Positions 16,152 to 30,110 are shown, counted from the first letter of the stretch. The stretch is 64,000 nucleotides of DNA from Amoeboaphelidium protococcarum X5 (GCA_023515725.1 JALDTO010000266.1:295345-359344); one strand, 5' to 3'. Numbers and translations: made by a program. The notes: generated by a model from the letters alone, not told the origin.

Positions 16152-19100
16152 TCAATTCCAAACAGGAAGACCATTAGTCATCTTGTGTGGTTTCCTGTAC
16201 TCGCCGAGCAGTGCGTGGCTGAGCAGGGCAATCTCCTCATGCTCGTGTTGCTTCTTGTTACCGGTGGCGACTGCTCCGGTTGGCTCTCTGCCAGCATATA
16301 CTGGACGCTTACCATTATGAGTCTTACTCTCGCGCATGGCCGTCTCTAATCTTGGATCAACATAGTCCCATGATCCCATATTCATTGGCTCTTCTTGTGC
16401 CCAGACAACTTGTGCATTTGGATACTTTTCGACTTGCTACTTTACTAGATCAAATGGGAACGGAGATATCTGTTCGACACGTACGATTGCCACATCGTCC
16501 ATACCATTAGCTTCTCTAGTCTTACTCAGAGCGTAATAAACCTGTCCAGTACAGAAGATGACTTTATTGACACGATCTTCGGCGCGCACCTAACCAGTTT
16601 CTGGAATAAGACGATCAAATCTGGTACTGCCAACCATGTCACTGAGAGGGCTCTTACACATTGGATGACGCAGTAAAGACTTTGAGACCATAACTACCAG
16701 AGGTTTCCTGAATCCACGATGCAGCTAGCGACGCAAGGCATGGAAGTAATTGGCAGGCGTCGAACAGTAGACCACTTGCATGTTACAATCCTGGATTTGG
16801 CGAGACTTTTCAGGGTCCATTGGTGGAAAGTGTTCAGGCTTGTCATCACACAACTGCAAGAAGATCTCCAATCTAGCACTACTATGTTCTGGACCAGCAC
16901 CATCAAAGCCATGAGGTAGCAAAAGCGTCAATCCAGTACGTTGCAGCCATTTCTTTTCACCACTAGCAATGAACTAGTCAATAATACACTGGGCATTATT
17001 AGAAAAATCACCAAACTGAGCCTCCCATAAGATTAAACTGTGAGGATTGACCAGACTGTAGCCAAGTTCAAAGCCCATGACACCGAATTCAGATAAAGAA
17101 CTATTACAGACGGTCAACTTGGCCTAGTCCTCACTCAGATGGTTCAGCGGAATGTACTATTTCTCATTCTACTGATCATGAAGCACGGCATGACGATGAC
17201 TAAAAGTACCTCTTTCCACATCCTGCCCACTCAGTCTAACATGTTTTCCCTCAGCAAGTAAGGAACCGAATGCCATAGACTCAGCAGTGGCCCAATCTAC
17301 TGGCTCATTGGATTCCAGAGTCTTTCTTCTAGCCTTGAAAATTCTGTTCAACACTGGATGGACATTAAATCCTTTAGGAATATCACAGGTTGCCTTACCA
17401 ATATTCATCAACTGCTCCATGCTAATACCAGTATCATGCGCCGGGAAAATCTTCTACTTCAAATCCTTAGGACTTGGCAAATCAGGCCAGTTGATGGACA
17501 CCCACTCGGAACGACTCTGTTTGTATCCCTTACTCTTCTCATAACTCTCCTCCAAGATCTACCAGACACGCTTCTTCATCGATTCAATCTCATCCATGGT
17601 GAATGTCTTCTCAGCGATCAACTACTCGATGTACTTATCCAACACTGATTTCTACTCGGCAATCTTCTTATACATTAGCGGCTGTGTGAAAGATGGCTGA
17701 TCAATCTCATTATGGCCATACTTTCTGTAACAGACGATGTCGATAACGATATCTTTCTTATACTTTTGACGCCATTCTGAAGCCACCTGAGCACTAAAGA
17801 CCACAGACTCAACATCATCACCATTCACATGCAGAATAGGAGCATGCACAGTCTTGGCAACATCAGTACAGTACGGAGTTGATCTCGCGAAGCGCGGATC
17901 AGTAGTGAATCCAATCTGGTTATTGATCACAATGTGAACTGTACCTCCAGTGGCATAATTGGGCAAATCAGAAAAACCAAAAGTCTCATAAACGACACCT
18001 TGAGCAGCAAATGCAGCATCACCATGCAACAACAGACCCATTGTGCGATCCTTGTTCTCATCATTCTCATAAAACTGAGCTGCCGCAACCTTACCCAAAA
18101 CAACAGGATTAGCAGCTTCCAGATGTGAAGGATTAGCAGCCAGTGACAAATGGACACGTTTACCAGAAGGAGTTGGACGATCGTAATTCATTCCCAAATG
18201 ATACTTGACATCACCACTTCCTTCCAATCCGGGCTCTAAATTACCGCTAAACTCACTGAAAATGCTCTCATTAGGCTTCCTGACCACATTGCTCAGCACA
18301 TTAAGTCTTCCACGATGTGCCATACCCATTGCAACCGAATTAACACCCAGGTCTACGGATCTATCAATCAGCGCCTTCATACCAGGGATCAGAGCCTCAC
18401 AACCTTCTAAGCCAAATCTCTTCACCGACGGATACTTGGTGGCCACAAACTTTTCAAAAGAATCGGACCAAATCAGACGATCCAAGATCATAGACTTCTC
18501 CTCCTTGCTGAACTTGAATCTCTGCGGGACTTCCAGACGTTCTCTGATCCAGTCACACTGAGCACGATCAGGAATATGCGTGTACTCTACTCCAATGGAA
18601 CCGCAGTAGATATCTTTCAAAATTTAAATAATTTCTCTCAGCGTATACTTATCCTTCACATGCTTATAGTGAGGAAGTACACCCTGCCCGAGATGAAAAG
18701 TTCTATCAAGGTCCTGGTCGGTAAACCCATAGTATTGGTACTCCAATTCTGGAGGATGAGAAGACTCCAAATCTGGTTCCAATATTCCCAGCGGATCTAA
18801 CTTTGCCAAATGATGACCACGTACTTGATAAGCTCTAACCATAAGCTACACTTTCATATGATCCAGAATCTCAGACTGTGCACCGGCTGGCAATGACTCA
18901 AGATTAGCAATGGCAGCACCTTCATGCTCAGCCATTTTTAAACTAGGCGGAGCTTGGAATGCAACTTTACTACTAGCTCCACTGTTAACATTACTAAAAT
19001 ACGACTACCAAGATACGTGAACAGACTTTGGATCCTTCTTCCAGGCTTCGTACATCTACTCAATGTATGGCGTCACTGATCCACCCAGAAACCCTTCACT

Positions 19101-19220
19101 AGCAGATGGAGGCTATTTAGTTCTATCATGAACACTTGACTAGCTAGCAAGACATCTAGACTATTTGGACGTCTAAATCCTCAGCCCTCTTGATGTATTT
19201 CTTCTCCACAATCTCAACAT
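16152..19220 (-). CDS. KGD1: Mitochondrial 2-oxoglutarate dehydrogenase E1, 1022 aa
   Basis: [30 protein letters not shown], ThDP motif [10 protein letters not shown]...[42 protein letters not shown]. The N-terminus ([14 protein letters not shown]) is Arg-rich like a presequence. Confidence 0.98.
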
Positions 19221-20042
19221 TTATACCTGACTATTATTTATGATGATGAAGAAGTGATAATAAATAAATGTTCAAATATTGAATGTTGAATAAAAGATAG
19301 CGTCACTGCTGTGAAAGAAACGAAAGAATAATTTCACACACGCAACGATGAATTTTTTGAGGATTAACAGAACAGAACGACGTCAGAGTGAATGAACGAA
19401 CGAGTGGGCAGGGAGAGAGAGAGAGCGCATAGAGGCAAAGACGAAGGGCCGGCCGACCTGTGCACTTCTTTTCATTCCACCAAGGAGAGAGGAAGAGTAA
19501 CGCGTTTGAGTGAGAAACTTTTGTCGCTCGGCCATTTGGGTTGATCTCTCTCTCCCTCTCTCTCTCGTCATTTTGTGGAAAGGAGAAGCACTGTAGTTTC
19601 AATTTGCCCTATTCCGACTTGAATACATTGATTACTGTATAAAGTGTGTGGAACTCTTGTTGATTACTGTTGTAGACTTAGATCTGCAAATTATTTTGAA
19701 TTCTTCTGATGTTAGTTTTTACTTTTATTTTTAAAAGGCTGTATTGGTCATTGATTCTACAGTGTACTGTGTAGTACGCCTCTTCAGTTTTGATTCATCA
19801 TGACAGTCTTTCCATACAATAAACTCTAAATCACACGTCCATATTCTAATTTCTTGAATGATATTTAACAGATATGAGAGAGTTATGACGTGAATGAACG
19901 GGCAGTGTCATTCCAATAACATTTCTTCCAGATATAGTTGAATGGAGATAGATCATCAGTCAACACTTTTTCTTTTCGTCGAATCTTCTTCACAGCGAGC
20001 TTAAACACTTCAATTGTTAACCTTAAAATAGTATAATAAATA

Positions 20043-20969
20043 ATGGACGCGGTGGAAGAGATTAAGAAGCCTAAAAAGACAGTCTCATTCTAGGATGATA
20101 GTACGTCGGATAAAGATGCTGGTAAATAAGAATAGAGCACCGATGCTAGTGAGCCGGCGGTGGATGAAGAAGATCCAGCTGCCATGTTCGCCGGTCTTAA
20201 GAAAAAGAAAAAGAGTAGTAGTAAGAGTAAGAGTAAAGCTGCTGTTGCTGCCGCCGCCGCTGCGGAGGATAACGATGATATGAGTAATCTGAGCTCTTAA
20301 GTGGACAATATGACTGTAGATTCTCAGGGCTCATAGCCGCAGCAGGCTCAAGATGAAGAAGTGCTGGATTTCAGCAAGATGAAGAAGAAAAAGAAAAAAT
20401 CCCGTTCTGATACTCTGGGTGATGATAACGTGGTGGATCCGAATGAGAATCCGCTCATTGAGAGTGAAGACGCCTGGTAGAAGACTGACAGAGATTACAC
20501 GTATCACGAGCTGTTGGATCGCGTCTTCCGTATCATCAAGTAGCACAATCCAGATTTTGGCGGGTAGAGAAAGGGTATAGTGATGACTCAGCCGGATGTC
20601 TATAAGGAGGGAAGTAAGAAGACTGCATTCGCTAATATTGTTCCTATTTGTCAACAAATGGGTCGACCTGTGGATCATTTAATCTCTTACCTATACGCTG
20701 AATTGGCCACGTAAGGTTCCACTGATGGTTCGGGAAGATTGATTATCAAAGGTAGATTTCAGCAAGGATAGATTGAGAGCGTGTTGCGTAAGTACATTGT
20801 GGAATACGTCCGATGTTAGACTTGTAAGAGCGCCGACACTGTCATGGTGAAGGAGAACAGACTTGTCTTTGTACAATGCAAAGCTTGCGGTAGTAGAAGG
20901 ACTGTCAGTGCTATCAAGGGTGGATTTAGAGCGTAGACCTCCAAGAGAAAGCTAATGCGCCAGCAGTGA
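20043..20969 (+). CDS. SUI3: Translation initiation factor eIF2 beta, 308 aa
   Basis: Poly-Lys boxes, [52 protein letters not shown]...[14 protein letters not shown] (C4 zinc finger). Stop is TGA 20967-20969. Confidence 0.97.
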
Positions 20970-21095
20970 TTATAATAAGGATTTGCGTCTTTATATTACA
21001 TCAATTTAAAGAATTTATAATAAAGCAAATGTGGTACTTAAAAGCAGATTATCTATTCCTTCACTATTTTCTATTACGCGCCTTGATGTAAGTAA

Positions 21096-22175
21096 TCAAA
21101 CCTACCACAATCTGCGATTATCATTTTGAGCAATAGCAGAAGCAGATCTCAAAGGGAATAGTTCTAAATGCATACGACGCTCCTCTTTAGTAGCCGTTCT
21201 GAGTGTACCGTCATTGTCACGGACCATCATGGCGCATTACTCTTCCGCCTTAGCCCATCGCTGATTCTCCATCTATTTCAGCTCCTGGTCCGTGTGCTCA
21301 GTCAAAGTCTTTCTAGCAGAAGAGACGTAAGCCTGTACTTCCGTACCTGGTGATACATCAGCTATTATAAATTTCCATCTCAGATTGGTCTCTCGCGGAT
21401 TCTATTTCTCTATAATTTATACTGGCTCCTCAGGCTCTTGCGCGATACCGGACAGAGGTAGAATGTAATTGCCATCTTTACGTCTAAGGAACCTGTCATT
21501 TCCCATCTTCTCCAATTACTTTGAGCTAATCAAAGACACATCCTATACAACTCCTGCCTTTATGGATTAAGATGATGATTTCTCATTTTCGCTAGAACTA
21601 TCATCATTGTCTTCATCAGAGGACATGACGAACAAAGGACGAGTATTAACGCGTTCATACTCGCGCAGATCTGGATGCTCCTTCAATCGAGGTTGATCAC
21701 CAACACCAAGCATTAGTTCCATCTTCTTGCTAAACGTCTTCTATAGTACGTACCCATTAGCAGCTTACTTCTTCTCTAGATGCTTCATTCGCAATATCGC
21801 TTCCACTCTGATTACAGATAGATCATACTTTAATGCCAGTTTGCGCACAGGAGTCTGCAGTGGATTGGATGCATAGTCCTGATAAATCGCCTCTTTCACC
21901 TTATCATCTACCGGAGTTTCTGGTACAAACCATGGATTACTTGGAAATGGACGCTTAGGGTGAAGCCAATTACGCGATGAAAGCCTATTGTACTATTGCG
22001 CCTCTGGAGAACTTAGCCACTGATCAGCCTTCTATCGCCACTACTATCGACGTGATGGACGCGCTACCTGCTTCTTGGTCTCTTCTCCAGCACTTTATTT
22101 GCTACTTTACTAAGCCGCAGCTGCTTTGGCGTATGTTCTTATCTAGATAACTGACGTGATTTTTGATCTAATCAT
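21096..22175 (-). CDS. Mitochondrial small-subunit ribosomal protein mS45 (Bot1/yeast Mrps35-like), 359 aa
   Basis: RPFPSNPWF...VKEAIY...VRKLALKYDLSVIRVEAILRMKHLEK and C-terminal VRDNDGTLRTA resemble the fungal Bot1p/mS45 family. The N-terminus is presequence-like. The gene is absent from the ORF track because of TAR codons. Confidence 0.8.
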
Positions 22176-22286
22176 AGTTGTATTTCGCTTAGAAAATCGC
22201 TCTGATGAGAACGAGAAGAGTTATTGAAGGAACATCGTGAAAAAGCTATAGAGAGATGATTTTTTTGAAATTTATATCTAATACTA

Positions 22287-23825
22287 TCAATCTTAGGTGA
22301 ATAATTCATATCTCTTCTAACACTCATCGCTGATGGAAGCAGTGCTTTTAACAGCGGACAATATCTTTTCAGACGGCTTCAGGTTGTAGCAGCGCGGATT
22401 GTCACTAGTCATCAAGTGATACATTTCATAAAGCTGAGAGACTTCATGCATAACGCGCGACTCTCTTCTCTAATTGTCTATGTGATCCTGCTCTTTCTCC
22501 GCCTAGTCGATCATCATCTTCAGCAACTTTCTCTAATCATCTGGCAGCAGTCTTTTGGTCTCATTATCATTGGGTAGTGACGGTAACTCTGACGTGAAGA
22601 ACTGCGACCAAGGCTCTGGATTTAACACAAACGGCATCTTCACATTGTAAAAGTAAAATCTAGGTGCCTATTTGAAAGGATAATCTTTTCTTGCGAGTCT
22701 CTTCTTGGTAGCAGACTATTGCAATACAGGAGGCACGGGAAGATCTTCTACAGCGGGAGCAACAGCCAAATTTTGTTGGTCTTACGTCAGTTCCTGAATC
22801 AATTCTGCCTGTCTAACCATCATCAGCTCGAATGAGGAAACTGATGGATTTAGCTTGTACACATGCCTATTCTTCAGCATACTATACGCGACTCCATTCA
22901 AATTCGATAGAACCAGCTGGCTGATAATCTAATCACTCAACTAGCGCGTGGGCTCTTGGAATTAATTGTTAATGTGTCCCATACACAGCCAGCGCCATCT
23001 CTCAACAGATGCAGGCAATATCTACGTCAAATCTTCCTTAGTCTTGCAAGCATCAACTATATGCATTAGCAATGATGAGTCTACAGAAGATTTGTCATCA
23101 ACTGCGCTAGAGGTAGACTCAACCTCCTCAGCTTGTCCACTCAGATAATTGTTCACATCGATATCTCCAGATATCAAAAAAGGATTACAGTTCTCATGCA
23201 AGGACTTGGCAAGAAGATACGCCTCAGCACTCATCCCTTCAGATTGAGGCGGAGCTTTAGGTGACTATCTCGCAAACTGATCGAATAACTTGATGGTCAG
23301 TCCACCATAGGTCATTCTACGCGGCTACAAACCACCCATTCTTCTTTTCAGACCATTGCACCAGTATGCCCAAGAGTCAACAATACGCTCCTCAGTAGCA
23401 AATTCACTAGAAGGATCCAGTAAAGCGTGAGCTTATCTGAATTGGCGATACTTTGCTTTCGCTTGAGGCGAAACCTTTCGGATAGGATCAAATCGACCAT
23501 GATCATCAATCTGCGCTTTTAAAATAACTGGATACGCTGCTCTCTATTTTACTTTATCAGGTATCGCCTATTCTGCAATATTATTAACGGCCCCAGCTTA
23601 TTTGGCCTTCAGCTACAGCGGATTCTATATAGATTTGATGTTTCCAACCAAGCGCGTATCGTTCTCTAACATTTACTGACGCGTCTCCAGATACCAATCC
23701 CGGGGACCAAAGAAGTTGGCTCTCAACTAGCGCTATGTATATCTCTCCCTGCCATCTTTAAAGTGCTTTGACGCGTATACCGCTGTAGTACCGCGTCTAA
23801 ACTCCTTAGCAAATGTGGCCGTCAT
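22287..23825 (-). CDS. Hypothetical protein, 512 aa (possibly mitochondrial, weak PPR/mS27-like segment)
   Basis: TGA-free frame translated from ATG 23825 (MTATFAKEFRRGTTAVYASKHF) to TGA 22289-22287. Function not recognised. Confidence 0.75.
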
Positions 23826-23996
23826 TTGTTGGTTAGCTGTATAGAATAGGCTGATCTCTGCTGAAAGCGATAAAAAACAGTGATTGACGCGCGATAATGA
23901 TCAACATACCAAGACAGAAAATCACATATAAAAAAATAATAAATTCAAATATTAGGTTATAAGATTCATTAGTTAGGATCTAATAAAGACTCAAAT

Positions 23997-24761
23997 TCAT
24001 TTCTGGTCCAGCGGATTAGTGATCAGTTCAGTTGCCTGCCACAAATCAGGAGTCAGGTAAGCGTAAGTGTTCTTGATAGCCATGAAAGTAGCCTTCAAGA
24101 AGTTACCCTGAGTACGAGTACTTCCTCTAGCAGTGGTATAACAATCCTGGATACCGGCAAACTGCAGCAGCTTCTTAGCGGTAGGTGCAGCAACGATACT
24201 AGTACCTCTAGGGGCAGGCACCAGACGACACAGCACAGAACCACACTTTCCGGTAACCTTGGCAGGGACAGTGTGAGGATCACCCAGAATGGTACCCCAA
24301 TAACCTCTACGCACAGGTACAACAGCCAGCTTAGCCAGGATGATAGCACCACGGATAGCGGTAGCGACTTCCTTTGCACACTTGACACCCAGACCGACGT
24401 GACCGTTCATGTCACCGACAATGACGAATGCCTTGAAGCGGGTACGCTGACCAGCGGTGGTCTGCTTCTGCACAGGCATGATGGACATGACCTCATCCTT
24501 CAAGTTTGGCAGAAAGTGATCAATGATCTGGTACTCCTTGATAGGCAGAGAGAACAAGTACAGCTCCTCCAAAGAGCGAATCTTGCCCTCCTTCACCAGA
24601 CGGCCCAACTTGGTGACTGGAACCCATTCCTTGTCCTCACCATCCTTGCGACCACCACGTCCTCTACCGCGTCCGCCACGTCCACCGCGACCTCTTCCAC
24701 GACCAAATCCACCTTCACGTCTTCCACCTTCTTGTCCGGCTGATGCTTAATTGTCGGCCAT
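23997..24761 (-). CDS. RPS2: 40S ribosomal protein S2 (uS5), 254 aa
   Basis: RG-rich N-terminus, [48 protein letters not shown]. Stop is TGA 23999-23997. Confidence 0.99.
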
Positions 24762-25220
24762 ATTAATTTTAAATAATCAAACTCTGATTCTTGCTTGAAA
24801 ATAGAACCGGAAGCGATGGAGAATTTTGTTTGATCTAAGGTTAAACTTTTTTCATGGAGCCGCTAAGGTTAATGCGCTTGATATCGAGTGGACTACGTTA
24901 GCCTACCACTAACCCAGCAGAAGAAAGGTTGAGATCAACCATTTGGTATGGTTTTATTTGTTAAATTACAGAAAATATTTAATACAAAAACTGAGATTAA
25001 ATTTGATGAGCTAGTGTGTATCTTGACCAGCAAATGCTAAGCTTTACTCTCTGCACATGCTGATTGACTGATGAAGATCAACGGCGATCACTTTGATTGG
25101 TTGACTCATTCTGACTCAAACTGATCCGACATTGTAAGTGTTTCAGCCATCCTGACTATTATACGTCTTTTCTTCATCTGCGCACTCTTATTTTATCAAA
25201 TTGTAATCTGTATAAATACA

Positions 25221-25541
25221 ATGCTTGCAAGAATTAATCTATTGGCTGCTGTGAGCAGGACCGGAAAGACATGCGTACCTGTTTTAGTTGTGACGAATGG
25301 CCGAGCTCAAAGTCAAGCGGTAAAATCTCGAGCGAAACAAGACGAAGAAGATCAATTGCAGCAGGAGGAGTTTGAAGAAGCTAATGCGCGCGCGTAGTTA
25401 ATGATGGAGTTGCATAATGTACCGTTTTCGCAGTCTCTTGGTGACGCTGTTGTACATTAAGCTGTTCTTAGCCATGATCAGTCGCCTGCGTCGCAATCAT
25501 ATGAAGATGTGGAACGTTCGGATGAATTTGACTACGAATGA
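25221..25541 (+). CDS. Small hypothetical protein, 106 aa
   Basis: The ATG has an A-rich context (aaataca ATG). Translation: MLARINLLAAVSRTGKTCVPVLVVTNGRAQSQAVKSRAKQDEEDQLQQEEFEEANARAQLMMELHN...SDEFDYE, then TGA. No family recognised. Confidence 0.55.
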
Positions 25542-26109
25542 TTATACTCCCTGCCCTTGAATTATGTTTATTGCACTGTACTGTTAATATAAAGTTGAAT
25601 TTTTTTGCATAATGCTTTCCATGTACTGTAATTATATCGTTTTGTCGCACTGTCTTCATTTAGATCACTTGAAACCTCCCAATATAAAGCAAAGGAAAAC
25701 GGTCAATGATTGTACTATAACAATTCGTGTTTTGCCAATAAGTTATATTTGAAGAGAATCATCCACAGTGATAAAGGTGAAACAACGACTGTTCCCAGCG
25801 CGATGATGGTAAACCGTAGATTTTAAGGTGTGTCGATCAAGTGACCAGAGAAATTACGGTTAGCTGTTACAACTGTTTGTTCAGACAGCACCACTTCACT
25901 GAATGTAATTTCTAATAAATTGAGTTTAAACTAACTGTCTGAGTAAAAATGTAGTGTGCAGTTGTGCTTTACAGGGAGAACCAGATCATTTCATCTCCAG
26001 TGATGGATGTCTCGCGGCATAAAAAGCCGAGTTTTCTCTTCTTTGAAACAGACAGAATCGCGTCTATAGTTTGAAAGGGAAATTGCACCATCACTTTAAA
26101 TAGTACAGT

Positions 26110-29100
26110 ATGAAGTCTGACAGCAAGTGGTCTTGGGTAAAGCAAGTTAATAGTCTTAATGATATTCTGGATGAGCATATCTTGATATCTTATGGACTTG
26201 ATGAGGAAGGTGGACGGTAATGTAAGAGTGTCTTTGAGATGGAATTGTAGTTGAGTGAGTTGATTGCCGCGTAAAATCTTGCCTCATAGTCAGAATAGTC
26301 TTCCAATAATGCACCGCGTAATAGCAAAAGTAAAGTCGATAAAGGTTTAGATGAAGCAGCAGATTTGAAGAATGCTATTAAAGAGATTAGGCGATAGATA
26401 TCCAATTAGAAGAGGTTATGTCAGAGGCATTGCGTCTCATCTAATCCCAGGTGTTTGAATGTACTTGGGATGGAGAAGTGGCTGGATCGTGACAAGTCAC
26501 TGGAATAGTATTATGAAGTCAACTAATTATATGAACGTGAACCTGAACGTGCTCGTTAATCTCTTAGTCCAGTTGGTCTGCGTAATCTTGGTGCAACGTG
26601 CTATGTAAATGCATTTCTTCAGACATGGTTCTTTGATTTGCAATTTAGAGGCGGAATATTCGGTATTAAGTCTCAGAATAATGAATCTCCCATCTATTAG
26701 CTTTAGCTTTTGTTCGGACATCTCTTATTGTCTCGGTAGGCAGTTTACAATCCGGCGCACTTTGTATAGTCTTTAGGACTGAATATGGGTGAGTAGTAGG
26801 ATGCAAATGAGTTTTATAGACTCTTTGTTAGTCTACTGGAGCGATATATTGATAGTCAGGTGCTGGAAGGGAGAATAGTCCATAATTTTCTGAGATCTCG
26901 ATTTGGTGGCTAGTATGCTCATAGTACAGTGTGCTCTGCTTGTGGTAATATATCTAGACGGGCCGAGGTGTTCACTCAGATTGAGTTGAATATTGTAAAG
27001 GCGAATGCATCCATCTAGGATTGTCTTGCTGATTATTTGAAGCAGGAAATGCTCTGTGACGACAATTAATACTTCTGCTCAGTCTGTGAGAGTAAACAAG
27101 ATGCTACAAGGTTCACGGAATTCCTAAATTTTCCCGCGGTGTTGAATTTCTAGTTGCTGCGCTTTTAGATGGACTTTAGTCGTGGAGAATTGAGGAGAAA
27201 GAAGGTGACACATGCAGTAAAGTTTCCTCTAGTTCTAGATATGGCAGAGTATGTGGATCGTAGCGGGGATGATCTCGAGTAGAGGCCTAGTCTTTTGTAT
27301 TAATTGCATGCAGTTCTTCTTCATAAAGGAGAGTCTGCTTACAGTGGCCACTACATTGCCCATGTCTATGACAGATTAAATGCGCGTTGGGTAAAGTGTA
27401 ATGATGAAGAGTGTGGGCCACTTCTTAGTAGTGGTACGAGGTCAATGTTTGATGTTAATGCTGATATTTTGGATGACTCAAGTATCTCTTCATAATAGTC
27501 TAGTTCTTAATAGATATACGATGATGATGGGAAGTTGTACTCCTCAAAGAACGTGTATATGTTGATTTATATAAGGCAAGACTAGATTTGTAGCAATGAA
27601 GATTCATTCAATCAGGTTCCGTAGTCGATTTCTGACAAGTGTCGTAGTGATAATTTAAGGTACGAGTAATAGATTGCGACGTTTAACAACTATAAAGCTA
27701 GTTTGGTTAAAGATTTTGAGGATTAAAGGCGATTAAAGTTGGAGTTTATTAAGTTGGCAGACTCTAAACACTAAGACTAGTATGTTTTCATTTCTACGTA
27801 ATGGTTATAGAGTTGGCTGTCTATTAGTAAGTAAATTGATGATAGAAAATTTGAGGGTACATCTATAAAAATGTCATCATATCTTTGTCAGCATGGTAAA
27901 CTGGATCTTAGTAAAATTGGTGATATGAAGGCTGTGAGTTCATAGGCCGCAAATTTTCTTACTAAGTAGAGTATTGTTTTTAATCCTTTCAGTTTACGGC
28001 AGAATGAATAATGCTTGTGTTTAGAATGCGTGAACATCAAGTACTAGGAGTATAGAGCGTAGTTTGAACATGATCTTTAAGTCTAATGTGTCAGACGGCT
28101 TTTAAAACTATTTGATTCTAGTAAAAGTTATGATATCGATGAAGTCGGAGAGCAGATGAAAGATTTCGAGATGTTTTCTGACGCTATCCTACTGCCTTAG
28201 TTTACCATGGACGGACCAGCGGTCTGGGTTTCTCAAGACGTACTGTAGAAGTGGCTTAGTGCTTAGACCCACGTCGATTTGGATCAGTCATTGGTTAGTG
28301 GAGGCGGTGTGCTATGTCAACACGGGTAACTCAGCAGCGATAAGAGCCGGCTTCGATTAGTACCTCAGTCAGTATATCAATTCTTTCAAGTGATTATACC
28401 TGATCTTTATAACTGTTTCCAAGAGATTGACATTACCGAAAATGCTTAATCTTGTAAGACATGCACGAGGAATGATAGGAAATTATAGTTCGAGCTGGAT
28501 CAAGTTAAAGAATAGGCTGCAGAAGAGAAACGAGAGCTAAAGTCGGTACTAACTTCTTCTTATGCTGTATCTGAACTCAGCCTGGCTGGTTTAAAGTCAT
28601 CTTATTATCTTCTACCCGCTCAATTTGTGGAAGACTGGAGCAAGTTTGTCCGGCGACCTGATTCGAATGAACGTCCTATTGTGGAATCGTATCCATCTCT
28701 GTTCTGTTCTCATAAAAGATTGAGATTTGATCTGAGTTTATTTGCTGGTTTGAAATCCGTAGTCAACTAGGAGACCGGATAGACTGCCTATTGGTGGTGG
28801 CAGAGCCAGCAGGAAACTGGATTGACTATGGCTTTACGACCAAATTTGCCTCTCGTTAATCTAGATTCGTAAATACTGGTAAAGTACCCTCCATTTTCAG
28901 TATGTTCTGAAGATGAATTCAAGAAATTGGTACAGTTTTATCCTGCTCTATATGACAACTCTTTTAAGTTCTCAATTTCATCTGTATTAGTACATTATGA
29001 ATAGACTGACTCAATCTCCAAGGATACTCTAATTGCTGGATATGATTCATAAGATTCCTAGTCCCATGTTGATTTGTACTGTTAGACATGTTGGAAGTAG

Positions 29101-29871
29101 CATCTGCTTGAATTTGCTGGCAATGTGATCACTATCTACTTTTAAGTACATCGTAATAAGCCGGTGGAGGATATGATGATGGAAGTTTCTTAGTATCGTT
29201 TTGAAGATTCTCCTGTGCAATTGATTCCTTCACAGTCTTCTGATTAGAATAACTCAGCCTCCTTCTCTTCTGTTAAACCCAAGCGAAAATCATCATACAG
29301 GGATGTATGTTATATCGATGTGGGTAGTGATGTAGATGATGAAATGCAGAAGCCAGCTGATAAACATAAAAAGCTTAAAACTGCCACCACTAGTAAAAAT
29401 GCGTCAGTTGATGCAGATAAGTCGAAACAATTGAAATTATCCTTCTCATCATCTAGTCTGTAATCTCCTACAAAATCTGGCCGCCTCAAGTCCTCTGGTT
29501 TAATTAAACTGCAATTTGATTTAGATAGTGTTGTCAGAGACCTTAAAGTTAAACTAATGAGTCTGGTTGACGCGTCTCCGATTAATTAACGCCTGTTTTT
29601 ACTTGGTAAAGAACTAGATTCCAATGAACGAACTCTGCGATCGTATGATGTCTTGGATTCAATGAAATTTGATGTACTAATCATTCCAGACAATGAAGAG
29701 CATTCTGATTTTATTGCGACCGACTAGAATGGCATTCGATAATCGTAAAAGAAGGAAAATGGCTTTTTGGGAACCGCTTTGGTTCAGTAATAGAACATGG
29801 ATTATAAACCTTTGACGCGTGAAACTATCTGCATTGCCGATTCTGATGATAACAAAAATACAATTGCATGA
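26110..29871 (+). CDS. USP48: Ubiquitin C-terminal hydrolase USP48-like, about 1253 aa
   Basis: N-terminal KWSWVKQV...HILISYGL...[13 protein letters not shown], Cys box [26 protein letters not shown], His box [14 protein letters not shown]...CNDE, CxHG/DUSP-like repeats, and a C-terminal ubiquitin-like domain followed by ENGFLGTAL. Confidence 0.9.
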
Positions 29872-30110
29872 TTATCTCTTATCAATGATTGCACTTTATT
29901 CTCTCGCATATTGTTCCAGTACATTATTCTTGATCTTTTGTCTATGATATTCAAGCACTGTGTTTGATAGTGTCATAGCTTCAAGTTTGGAGTGTACGAA
30001 TCTCCAGTGAAATTCCGATTGGAAACAATTGTGGAGCGACATCTCCTAACAACCAGCCTCAGAAATTCACGAGCGATCCAGTATTACAATACATACATTC
30101 AACGTGAATT

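Noticed and set aside
25060-25125. Possible C/D snoRNA (TGATGA...CTGA)
   Set aside because: It is too short, with no terminal stem or recognisable rRNA guide.
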